A DNA stretch of 64,000 nt, taken from NCBI GenBank assembly GCA_000004985.1, contig GG738932.1, one strand, 5' to 3'. Positions within the stretch are counted from its first letter, which is position 1; the number at the start of each line of letters is the position of its first letter. This DNA is from Naegleria gruberi. Its lineage: Eukaryota. The position numbers and the translations under genes are program-made. Positions 1 to 8,749 of this stretch are shown here, piece by piece. Below the pieces are notes generated by a model. That model was not told the origin of the DNA. It was given only the letters and a program-made list of their open reading frames with translations, and searched no databases.

Positions 1-453
1 CATCCTTTTCATTAAATTCTAAACCAGACGAAACCATTCCCTCAAATCCTACTCAATTATACAAAACGAAATCGTTTCAGTCAACCAACTCTACTCTCCT
101 TTTCAAGATCTTTCCAATTCTCCAAAACCAGCATCACAGGTTCATTTCAATTTTGTTCATTTTACAATTTATCAAATTTTCCCAAAAACCTTCCAGTCAG
201 GCCTCTAAATAGTTGAAAACATTTTTCTGCATCTAGCTGTATCCACTTCCAATCTCGTCCAATCGCTCCTTTTTCATCCAAGAGTCCAAACATTACTGTC
301 GCACTGGTTTTTTTCGTTACACCGCTTTTTATTTGTACTATGGTGATTCTCGAATATACTAGCTGATTCTCCATAACATTCATGAACAATGACATGAATA
401 TACGAGCTAGAGTAGTGAGGGAATGGAGGAATGCATAAGAAGACAACAACACC

Positions 454-1587
454 ATGTCCCAATTCAGCAGAATATTCAAAAAAAAAGAAACAACAACACC
501 CACACAATTTCTTCTTTTTGATTTTACAAAACTAATTTATATGATAATCGATATGAATCCTAATTCATTCTCGTCAAGAATTGTTACTGTTTCCTCCTCC
601 TCATCGTGCAATAGTAATAATACTTCAACTATTGCTCGTACATCCAATAATGGTGGATCGATTAGTAGTAACAGATCAACTGATTTGAATCAAGATCAAA
701 TTTTTGCACCCAATGCTTGGTGGAGAAGTTTTGGTAGTTCTGCTCAACAAGAACAATATGATAATTTGATTTCAATGCCATCATCAGGAAATGTCATTCA
801 AGAAGTGAGTGGTGACAGCTGCAGTGCTATTGACTGGGAGAGTTTCTTTGCTCCTTCTTCATGTCATTACGAACCTAAGGTAACAGCAATTCCAACTTCC
901 CGTGAACAAGTTTCCTGTAAAATTACAATCAACCCTAACTGTACCGAAAATAGTTTCAATAATTATTCAACAACAACGACAACAAACACAACAAATACAA
1001 CTAACAACGCCTCTAGTCTTGATGGAATGATTACCATGCTGAATAGAATATTAATAATGAATGGTGTCAATCCAGAGTCTAATCAATGCCAAATGCCTTC
1101 TGTTTCTTACCAACATTCTAATTTGGAAACGATTCCTTCCACATATGTTAACCAAACTGCCCATTTTACTTATAATCCAATTCAATCCATTGCTGAAGTG
1201 CATCATCAGAATTACAATACTTTGCCAAGTCAATCCCAACTCAATACTTCACTTTCTTCTTCATCCGATAGTGATAGCACAGGTAGTCAACATTCGAGTA
1301 ATTCTATCGGAAAGGACAGATGCAAAATCTCAAAGAAGAGAACCACAAGACCTAGGCTCAAATTCCAAAAGGAAACTGACAAGTCAATCAAGTTTAATCT
1401 AGTAACAAGTGAAGAATTGGCTGCCAGTTTACAATTTCATGAAACTTCGGCGCCAACTAGTGGAAAGAGAAATAGAGGAAGACCAAAGAAATCGGATTCA
1501 TCTCCTCAAAAACCTAAAGCTGATCAGTCGACAACCATTGAATTTATGGTCAATTGTTATGATCAATGCAGTAAAATTTTCAAATAA
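454..1587 (+). CDS. Low-complexity S/T/N-rich nuclear protein with a C-terminal AT-hook (KRNRGRPKK at nt 1465-1491), likely DNA-binding or chromatin protein
   Basis: Uninterrupted 377-codon ORF. ATG at 454 has a Kozak-like context (acaccATGt). The C-terminus carries a canonical AT-hook core R-G-R-P flanked by K/R (…SGKRNRGRPKKSDSSPQKPK…) and a second basic patch (KKRTTRPRLK). The N-terminal two-thirds is an S/T/N homopolymer-rich tract (TTTTTNTTNTTNN), consistent with the codon usage of the other genes. No recognisable catalytic domain. The true start could instead be the internal Met at 'MIIDMNPNSF'. Confidence 0.55.
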   Translation: MSQFSRIFKKKETTTPTQFLLFDFTKLIYMIIDMNPNSFSSRIVTVSSSSSCNSNNTSTIARTSNNGGSISSNRSTDLNQDQIFAPNAWWRSFGSSAQQEQYDNLISMPSSGNVIQEVSGDSCSAIDWESFFAPSSCHYEPKVTAIPTSREQVSCKITINPNCTENSFNNYSTTTTTNTTNTTNNASSLDGMITMLNRILIMNGVNPESNQCQMPSVSYQHSNLETIPSTYVNQTAHFTYNPIQSIAEVHHQNYNTLPSQSQLNTSLSSSSDSDSTGSQHSSNSIGKDRCKISKKRTTRPRLKFQKETDKSIKFNLVTSEELAASLQFHETSAPTSGKRNRGRPKKSDSSPQKPKADQSTTIEFMVNCYDQCSKIFK

Positions 1588-1723
1588 TTATAAAAACAAT
1601 TTTTCAATAATTCTTCTAATTATTTCACAATTTTAACGAATGTCATCTCTCACATATTGTTTCAATGTTGAAAAATAGAAAAATTGTGAAAAGTTCTATT
1701 CCAATAAGAATCACCATAACCTT

Positions 1724-3646
1724 TTATTGTTTGACCTTCTTTTGGGATGGTTCATATTTGGAATTATTGGTTGGATTATCCTCTCGTTTCAATCTCTTTT
1801 GAATTTCATTCTTGGTTGATTCCATCTTTAAGAGTTGTTTCAAAAGGAAAGATCCTTCACAATATTCAGCATAACGTGAATCTACAAGTTCAATAATCTT
1901 GTATCTACCATCTAGAGGATGGAAGTATGCCTTGGCAATTTGCTCATTCCTATTTCTAATTGAACTCAAATCGATGGTATTAACAAAATTAGCATCAACA
2001 TCAACTTCCATACAATGAACTCTCCAAATATCACCTTCATCACCCTTAATACAGAATTGAAGTGAGAGTTTTTGTGCAACGTGTTGCAGTCTGAAATAAG
2101 CAACTTGATTCATTCTAATGACTCTTTCTCTGTATAGTTCTGTAAATGTGCCTCTTGATTGGACATATTTATGGTAGTTATCAGAGTTGGAATTTGGGCT
2201 AATGTAATGTTTCAAATCATCAATGGTGATATTTTCAATCATATTCTCAACAGTATTGGCAACAGTTTTAAAGGCATTTGGTGAAGTCTTATCTTCACGA
2301 ATGAGAAGGAAATACCATCCACTTTTAGTCGAGTCGAATCCCATTTCAACAATTAATCCAGTTCCCTTTTGAAGATCCAAGAATTTAGCCAAAATATGTG
2401 GACTAATATCCTTCACTTGAACAGTATCGAAAAAGTGACTAATCTTTGAAAATTGGAAATATACATGGAATAAATTGTCATTGGCACCTTCTGCATGTTC
2501 TTTCAAACTTGAATTTTCATCTGGTGAAACTAGGAAATCACAGGTTAGTTTGTTTGGCCATTTCCACTTTAACAGGTAGTTATTAGCACCTGGTTTGAAA
2601 GCACTCAGGACTGCATCCTTTGGAGTGAAAACCAATCCATCATTCTTATTGTAATTTTTGTACAAGTATTCACCAGTTTCTGGATCCTCCTTAATGCATT
2701 CCATTACTTCCATCAATTTAGACTTTTCATAGAAATGTTTACGGATGAGTTTTAAACATTTTGGTGGATCTCTCTTTAAAATGATTTTATAATAGTGATA
2801 ATGTGGATCGGTAATGTATTTTTCTATGAATTCATATCGGTTGTTCATAGATTCTGCTCTTGCTGAAATTACCTTTTCTTTGCAAAATGTAATTAGGTCA
2901 TAAATTGAATAATTATTTCGTTGTTCTTTCAAGTTAAAGACTATTTCACCATCCAAGATTACAATATCTTGATAGCGACATTCCTCGAGTGTTTTAGTTT
3001 TTCTATTAATATTATCTCTTGATGGAAATGCAATTTCCTCAATACTAAGATAAAATTCAAAAGTTCTATCAAAAAAGAATGAAAAGGACCATCCTTTCAA
3101 TCTTTTCAACTTGATTGAAGAGTTTGTTACTGTATCAATCAGCAGTACTGTATTGGTTCTACTTAAATATTGTAAATTTGTATTTTCCATACAAGTTACT
3201 TTTAAAGTAGTGTCCTTTCCAGCTTGTTTAGCATGATGATAAATACATTCAATAGCACAATTATTCTTCAAATCAAATTGTTGAGTATTATCCGAATCAT
3301 GAACCCATCTAGGAAATTCCTTGCTTCTCAACATTAAACACATGGCACGAATACCATCTGATTTTTCTGTAATATAATAATCGTGCTCACTCAATAGATG
3401 AAGGGAAGTCCTGGAAAGCTGTACAGCCATTGGTCCTGGGAATATTCCTTCCTGATAAGAGTCTCCAAGGTTCTTACGAATAATATTTCTCAAGAAATTG
3501 GTTCCTTCCTGTCGATCAAATTGAACAGAAGGATCCATCATGTCTGTTAAAGCAAGATAGGCTTCATAATATGAATTTGATGATAAAGTACTATGTATAA
3601 AGGAACTAGAAATACGACAAAATTGGTTTGGATTTAATGTATCCAT
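1724..3646 (-). CDS. mRNA capping enzyme, stand-alone GTP:mRNA guanylyltransferase (fungal/protozoan type, not fused to an RNA triphosphatase)
   Basis: 640-aa single ORF containing the covalent nucleotidyltransferase motifs in the correct order. Motif I KxDG is 'YYITEKSDGIR' (catalytic Lys about residue 95). Motif III is 'VILDGEIVF', motif IV 'NDGLVFTPK', motif V 'NYLLKWKW', and motif VI 'WYFLLIREDKTSPN' (RxDK..PN). The upstream 'FPGPMAVQLSR…HDYYITEKSDGIR' matches yeast Ceg1 'FPGSQPVSF…HDYYVCEKTDGLR'. There is no N-terminal Cys-phosphatase (HCxxGxxR) domain. There is about 55 aa of extra sequence between motifs I and III, and a C-terminal extension of about 180 aa ending in a basic KRLKRED…KKVKQ tail. 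Confidence 0.85.
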   Translation of the reverse strand: MDTLNPNQFCRISSSFIHSTLSSNSYYEAYLALTDMMDPSVQFDRQEGTNFLRNIIRKNLGDSYQEGIFPGPMAVQLSRTSLHLLSEHDYYITEKSDGIRAMCLMLRSKEFPRWVHDSDNTQQFDLKNNCAIECIYHHAKQAGKDTTLKVTCMENTNLQYLSRTNTVLLIDTVTNSSIKLKRLKGWSFSFFFDRTFEFYLSIEEIAFPSRDNINRKTKTLEECRYQDIVILDGEIVFNLKEQRNNYSIYDLITFCKEKVISARAESMNNRYEFIEKYITDPHYHYYKIILKRDPPKCLKLIRKHFYEKSKLMEVMECIKEDPETGEYLYKNYNKNDGLVFTPKDAVLSAFKPGANNYLLKWKWPNKLTCDFLVSPDENSSLKEHAEGANDNLFHVYFQFSKISHFFDTVQVKDISPHILAKFLDLQKGTGLIVEMGFDSTKSGWYFLLIREDKTSPNAFKTVANTVENMIENITIDDLKHYISPNSNSDNYHKYVQSRGTFTELYRERVIRMNQVAYFRLQHVAQKLSLQFCIKGDEGDIWRVHCMEVDVDANFVNTIDLSSIRNRNEQIAKAYFHPLDGRYKIIELVDSRYAEYCEGSFLLKQLLKMESTKNEIQKRLKREDNPTNNSKYEPSQKKVKQ

Positions 3647-4564
3647 TCTTTGTATTGTTGATGATGATGAAACTCTATATGGGATGACTACTAGTTCCCT
3701 CTATATTGAAAGATGAGTAGATATCTATTTAAATCGGGATGGATAATGACTTGTTGTTGCTCCAGAGAGAGATGTATTCAGGTAAGTCACTTTATTCGGG
3801 TGTGTTTGTTGTTCTATGAATAAAATTATTTTTTTTTGAAGTGAATTTGTTGAAGTTTGCTGAGAAGTTTTCTTTTTTTTGAATATTTTTCAAAGTTATT
3901 TTTGGATCGTGTTGAAGAATGCATTCTTGATTTCAATGTACAATTTTATTTGTTGGTGAAGCTAATAAAAGAATTGATGAAGAGAATTCCCTTTAGATAG
4001 AAGATATTGGAATTAGTGTTGGAATGCTGATTGATGAATTTGTATTATCCAAAGATTAAATCTTGTTTTGCCACAAGTTACCGTTGCATAATTTCTTTTT
4101 GCAAATTAAAAAAAAATTACAGCAAGCCATCACACAGCAAAGAATATTTCATCCACATCCAATGGATTCTTAATTCTGTTCTTGTTAAAAGGTCAAAACA
4201 ATCTTTTACGCAAGCTAAAGCACAACATTTTTACTGGGTAACATGGCCTCCATTGCATCATCAACAATGTTCATCAAAGCCACATGTCGTATCAAAAGGT
4301 TCAACTTGTGGTCGTTCTCGTCCTCCAGTAATATCAAAAAGGAAGAGCAGTAGAAAAGACAGTCAATGTTTCGGGAGATGATAATAGTGGTCGTTTCAAT
4401 CTTCTGCTCCTCTTGAGGTTCTAATCAAATTCCATCTTGTAAATCTTAAAAATAATTTATTAAAAAAAAATTGAACAGATCATCACACAACTATTGTGAT
4501 TTTTATCATCAGTTTTAAATAATAATAATAGAAAAATACTTTTTAAAAATCATCACAGTACAGG

Positions 4565-5206
4565 ATGGGCTTGATGGATATATTTCATAAAAAGACTCCG
4601 GAAGAGTTGGCTAAAGAATGGAAGAAGGGATTAAAATCGGAAGTGAGAAATATGGATAGAGGTATTAGAAAGATTGAAATGGAGGAAATAAAGGTAAAGA
4701 ATAATATTAAAATGATGGTCAAGAAGGGACAAGAAGATAATGCTAAAATTGTTGCCAGAGAATTAATTAAAACTAGAAAGGCAAAGGAAAGGCTGATCAG
4801 AACAAAAGCTCAAATGAATTCCGTTATTTTACAATTGGATCAACAAGTGCAACAACTCAGAGTGATGGGAGCTTTACAGAAGAGTGCCGATGTAATGAAA
4901 TGTATGAATGAAATGATGAAATTACCAGATTTACAAGCAACGATGAGAAACATGTCCAAGGAAATGGAAAAGGCAGGTTTAATAGAGGAAATGGTTGATG
5001 ATATGATGGAAGATGTTTTTGAAGATGAGGATGTTGAAGAAGCTGCTGATGAGGAAGTTTCTGAAGTATTGAATGAAATTTTGGAAAATGTCAAATCAAC
5101 AAGAGTTGGATCATCAAAACTTCCACAAAAACAAGTTGAAGAAGAAGAGGAAGAGGATGAATCAGAATTGGAACTTCAAAAGAGATTATCATCTCTTAGA
5201 AATTAG
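4565..5206 (+). CDS. VPS24: ESCRT-III subunit CHMP3/Vps24 (Snf7 family)
   Basis: 213-aa ORF. It begins MGLMDIFHKK…ELAKEW… like metazoan CHMP3 (MGLFGK…ELVNEW…). Conserved blocks are KKGQ, 'KAQMNSV', 'LRVMGALQKSADVMKCM', 'LQATMRNMSKEMEKAGLIEEMVDDMMEDV', and an acidic C-terminus ending in a MIM-like helix 'EEEEEEDESELELQKRLSSLRN' (compare human '…EEEEEEALEAMQSRLATLRS'). The N-terminal half is basic and the C-terminal half acidic, as is typical of ESCRT-III. Confidence 0.85.
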   Translation: MGLMDIFHKKTPEELAKEWKKGLKSEVRNMDRGIRKIEMEEIKVKNNIKMMVKKGQEDNAKIVARELIKTRKAKERLIRTKAQMNSVILQLDQQVQQLRVMGALQKSADVMKCMNEMMKLPDLQATMRNMSKEMEKAGLIEEMVDDMMEDVFEDEDVEEAADEEVSEVLNEILENVKSTRVGSSKLPQKQVEEEEEEDESELELQKRLSSLRN

Positions 5207-5448
5207 ATATTTCGAACAAAAAACAATTATTTATTATAATATCTAGAGTTTAATAGTCTTCGTCCTGATTGCCAATGATCTGGACAGTTTGTAAAATATA
5301 AATTTGTAAATTTTGTTTTTTTAACAATTATAACTTACAGGAAGTGAATTATCACCAGTCGAATAACCTTTATATTCATCATTTCTTTGTTCTACACTAG
5401 AATAATGAGGCTTCACTATTAAAGTTCTTAATGTCAAGTTGTTGAAAG

Positions 5449-7857
5449 CTACTTACTAGGAGCTAGAGCCTCCAAAATCCACTCATGACGGAATGCTTCT
5501 TCTGGAGTCATTCTTTCAACTGGATCCCATCTCAAACAAGCTTCCATAAAGGAAACAAATTTTCTGTCTGGACAGTCAAGAGCTTGCTGGAGTGTGACAC
5601 TTCCTGGAATTCTCTTCTTGCCAGTTTTCTTGTTAATCACTAACCTAGGTTGACCATTAGAGTCGAAGAATTTCTTTCTTCTTGTACTGATCTGAATTAA
5701 TTTCTTGGAAGGCATTCCCATAACTTCCATAATATAACACAATTGTTCCAATTCGTTTCTTCCTGGGAATAGAGGATATCCTGTATATAATTCAGCAAGA
5801 ATACATCCAAAACTCCACATATCAATTGAACGACCATAAGAAATACCTAGAATAATTTCTGGAGATCTGTAAAATCTTGACTGAATATATGTATAGATTC
5901 TTTCATTTTCAAAACATGAACTACCAAAGTCAATCATCTTGATATCTGATTTTGTGGAAGATACCAACAAGATGTTTTCAGGTTTGAGATCGCAGTGAAT
6001 TATCTTTTCTTGACTCAAATATTGTAAAGAATTCAATATTTGCAAGGCGAATTTTCTGATTAGAGCCAAACTTAATCCTCTAAAATTGTTATTCTTAATG
6101 AACTCATAAAGGTTAATACTCAGTAATTCAAAAGCAATACATAAATGTTGTCTGAAAGTAAAGTAAGCAACCATTTCTATACAGTGGTGCTTTCCTTCCT
6201 TATCGTTATCTTTAAGATGTTTCAATATTTTAACTTCAACAAGAGCTTGGGCGTGGAATCTCTTTCTATTCCTAATCACTTTGAGAGCTACAAATTTGTT
6301 TTCCTTAACATCGTGGGCCTTGACTACTTGACCAAAACTTCCCTTTCCCAAAAATCCAACAACTTCATATCTGTAACCTATATGATCATTCAAAACAAGT
6401 TTGTAATCACCCCTTTCATCGTCATAACCAAAGTTCATCTCCTCGTTGGCATTTACTGTTCCCTTAATCTTTCTCGCTGTGCTACCTATACAGTACACTT
6501 TGTGGAAATCGAAAATTTCAGATTGCTCGTAATCTGTCAAGTAATCACTATACATTTTTATGGCAGCAGCTGGAGTGATTGGATCATGGAATTTAAGATT
6601 CACATTTCCACCTGTATTAGAACTAGAAGTTCTAATAGACCTCACAGAGGAAGACCTAGAACTTGGATTTGATTGTTGATTACTAGTTGTTGTACTTGTT
6701 GATGAGGCAACATCGAACACTGTTGTTTTATCTTCCGACGTATATTTGAAAGGAAGATTTTGGAATGAAGTGGTTTCTGCATTGGCAGCTCTTGCACTCA
6801 TTGGCATTGATGGCTGTTGTTTGGCTGTGGTATTTCTAGCAGTCTTGACAGTTTCTGGAACTCCTGACCCAAATCCTTCAAATTCCACATCTTTCATATA
6901 GTTGGCTGTTTGCAAATTCAAATTGAGTTTAAGGGTTGGAGGTTGAGCAGATGCTCCACTAGTTGGAGGATGTGGAACCAAATTACTTTGTGAGGAAGGA
7001 TTGGCAAAGTTATATCTTCTGGCACTATTAGGTGCTGTCGTTTGAGAGTGACCACTGCTGACTGTGCTTGGTTCTTCTGTTGCATAGCTCTGTGAAGAAA
7101 TGACAGCAACATTTGAAACTGAGGGTTTTCTTGGCACTGGAGGTCTTGGAGTGAGATAGGAAGCAGCTCCAATATTAGCAGTGATGATTGTTTCCTTTTT
7201 TGTTCCAGATGATGATGTTATTGATTTTGTCGAGTTGGTTTTGGAGACTGTTCCTATTCGTTTTGTGGTTCCTTTAGTGTAGCCTACCGTGTTTTGCTTA
7301 GTGTTTGGACTGATATTCCTTGGAGTGTTCATTGTGCTTTTTTGATTTGTTATTGAAGATGAAACTAGCCCTCCGATTTGAGGTTGGGAAGGATAGTATT
7401 GATATCGTGGAGTGTTATTTGTACTAGCTACATTGTGAGATGGTGGTGTTTTGTACATTTGTCGAGCAGAATTATATCCTCCTACCGAACCTCTATTTGT
7501 GGAACCTCTACTTGAAGGGGGTCCTCCAGTAGGTGTCTTTTTCGAGTTCTGTAATCCATTCAGATTCAAACTCAAACTTGGTGGTTGTTTTTTTGGAGCT
7601 GTGTCTGAAGAAAAAGGATTCAATTCATCCGAACTAATCAGAGCATTTAAGATTGATGTTGTCGAGTTTAGTTGATCGATTTCCAGAGGAGGAACGCCAG
7701 ATTTATATTTTCTTCCTGGACTTTGGTAAGAAGGGACCGGGTTATTGGTATTGGTATTATTAGATGGAGGACTTGGCATCATGATGTACGTTCCTCGCTT
7801 ATCGGCTCCATTTCTAACCAGCATTACTCCACCACTTGATGAGTCCTTATTATTCAT
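5449..7857 (-). CDS. Dual-specificity tyrosine-phosphorylation-regulated kinase, class II (DYRK2/Pom1-like), with a long N-terminal low-complexity region
   Basis: 802-aa ORF. Residues about 480-795 (nt about 5473-6420) form a protein kinase domain with GKGSFGQV (Gly loop), VALK, HCDLKPENILL, DFGSS, and the DYRK activation-loop 'YTYIQSRFYRSPE' (YxY). It is preceded by the DYRK-homology box 'NFGYDDERGDYKLVLNDHIGYRYEV', which matches human DYRK2 '[23 protein letters not shown]'. Residues 1-440 (nt about 6540-7857) are S/T/N/P-rich low complexity. The protein ends shortly after the kinase domain (…RHEWILEALAPSK). Confidence 0.9.
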   Translation of the reverse strand: MNNKDSSSGGVMLVRNGADKRGTYIMMPSPPSNNTNTNNPVPSYQSPGRKYKSGVPPLEIDQLNSTTSILNALISSDELNPFSSDTAPKKQPPSLSLNLNGLQNSKKTPTGGPPSSRGSTNRGSVGGYNSARQMYKTPPSHNVASTNNTPRYQYYPSQPQIGGLVSSSITNQKSTMNTPRNISPNTKQNTVGYTKGTTKRIGTVSKTNSTKSITSSSGTKKETIITANIGAASYLTPRPPVPRKPSVSNVAVISSQSYATEEPSTVSSGHSQTTAPNSARRYNFANPSSQSNLVPHPPTSGASAQPPTLKLNLNLQTANYMKDVEFEGFGSGVPETVKTARNTTAKQQPSMPMSARAANAETTSFQNLPFKYTSEDKTTVFDVASSTSTTTSNQQSNPSSRSSSVRSIRTSSSNTGGNVNLKFHDPITPAAAIKMYSDYLTDYEQSEIFDFHKVYCIGSTARKIKGTVNANEEMNFGYDDERGDYKLVLNDHIGYRYEVVGFLGKGSFGQVVKAHDVKENKFVALKVIRNRKRFHAQALVEVKILKHLKDNDKEGKHHCIEMVAYFTFRQHLCIAFELLSINLYEFIKNNNFRGLSLALIRKFALQILNSLQYLSQEKIIHCDLKPENILLVSSTKSDIKMIDFGSSCFENERIYTYIQSRFYRSPEIILGISYGRSIDMWSFGCILAELYTGYPLFPGRNELEQLCYIMEVMGMPSKKLIQISTRRKKFFDSNGQPRLVINKKTGKKRIPGSVTLQQALDCPDRKFVSFMEACLRWDPVERMTPEEAFRHEWILEALAPSK

Positions 7858-8067
7858 GATTTGAGCTATTATTCTCTCGAGGTGATGTATTTTTCTTATT
7901 AAATCCTCAAGTTATTATCGTCGACAAGTGAGAATAACTACTGATGATGACGTAAACAGGAGAGAGTAATCTTCTTTTCAATTAGAGATTATATCCACCA
8001 CACTATTTTCCTCAATCAATTCCTGAGAGATAGAACAGCTAATTTTTTTTTTGGGTTTTTTCAAGAA

Positions 8068-8080
8068 TTGGCGCCAAATT
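8068..8080. promoter_or_regulatory. E2F-like palindromic site TTGGCGCCAAATT in the divergent promoter between the DYRK gene and the IQ-motif gene
   Basis: The perfect 10-bp palindrome TTGGCGCCAA reads on the lower strand as TTTGGCGCC, which matches the E2F consensus TTTSSCGC. GGCGCC is rare in this AT-rich sequence. Confidence 0.35.
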
Positions 8081-8749
8081 TTTGCTGTAGATGCATCTAA
8101 GCGTTATTGTTGTTGAAAATGTAGATTTGTTGATCCAAAATATATAACTATGATGTAATTATTGTCTTGTTGTTATTGTTCAAGGGACAAATTACCATTG
8201 AAACTGCCTCACGAACGAACTGTTTTCAACCTTTTACCACCACTGTGTGTTTATTTTAAACGCAACAATTACCTCAAACCCTCAACAATGTAATAAACAA
8301 GGAAATTCGTATGGAGAATTGTTCCTGTCCAATAGATATGATGATTCTTAATTGTTGATTATATGCTAATTTTCATCCATTGAGAAGGATGCATGCTCTA
8401 CTCCAATATAAAATGAAAGGAAGTAACAAGTTTTGGAAAATGTACAACAAGTTTCATAATCCATCGATTCAACAACTGTACGACCCTCAACAGAACCAAC
8501 CTCTCTTCTAACTGAACAACGATCGTAAATTACAATTTATATTATCTTCTTGTGATGATGGGAAGTGATGATTCTTTAATAACACTACCTTTCAAAAAAT
8601 CAAAAAACAAAAACTTGATACATTCTTTCTTGTCATTATTCCTCATCACAATAAATTCATCATCATCAAGTTTATTATAATTTTTTTAAAACAATTTCAT
8701 AACGGAACTATTTGGAGCCTTAAAATTATTCCTTACATTTTTTAAAAAA

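Noticed and set aside
162-507. Two overlapping minus-strand ORFs (113 aa and 77 aa) upstream of, and overlapping, the start of gene 1
   Set aside because: Composition unlike the real genes (Cys/Phe runs, no motifs). They overlap the 5' end of a better-supported plus-strand gene. Most likely chance ORFs in an AT-rich leader.
3779-3788. Perfect splice-donor consensus CAG|GTAAGTC in the intergenic region upstream of the capping-enzyme gene
   Set aside because: Single occurrence with no matching branch or acceptor context. Every gene here is complete without introns. Kept only as a note for transcript-level checking.
4031-4381. 116-aa ORF in the divergent promoter between the capping-enzyme and CHMP3 genes
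   Set aside because: It has no recognisable motif. It is rich in rare Cys/Trp/His for this genome, sits in a promoter-like AT-rich spacer, and is probably non-coding.
6145-7675. Antisense ORFs nested inside the DYRK gene (6145-6672 +, 6918-7172 -, 7451-7675 +) and inside other genes (1051-1402, 4840-5094, 9034-9225, 9727-9915, 10460-10696, 10774-10962)
   Set aside because: Each lies within or opposite a long, motif-rich CDS. Their translations are low-complexity or hydrophobic junk with no recognisable domains. These are typical shadow ORFs.
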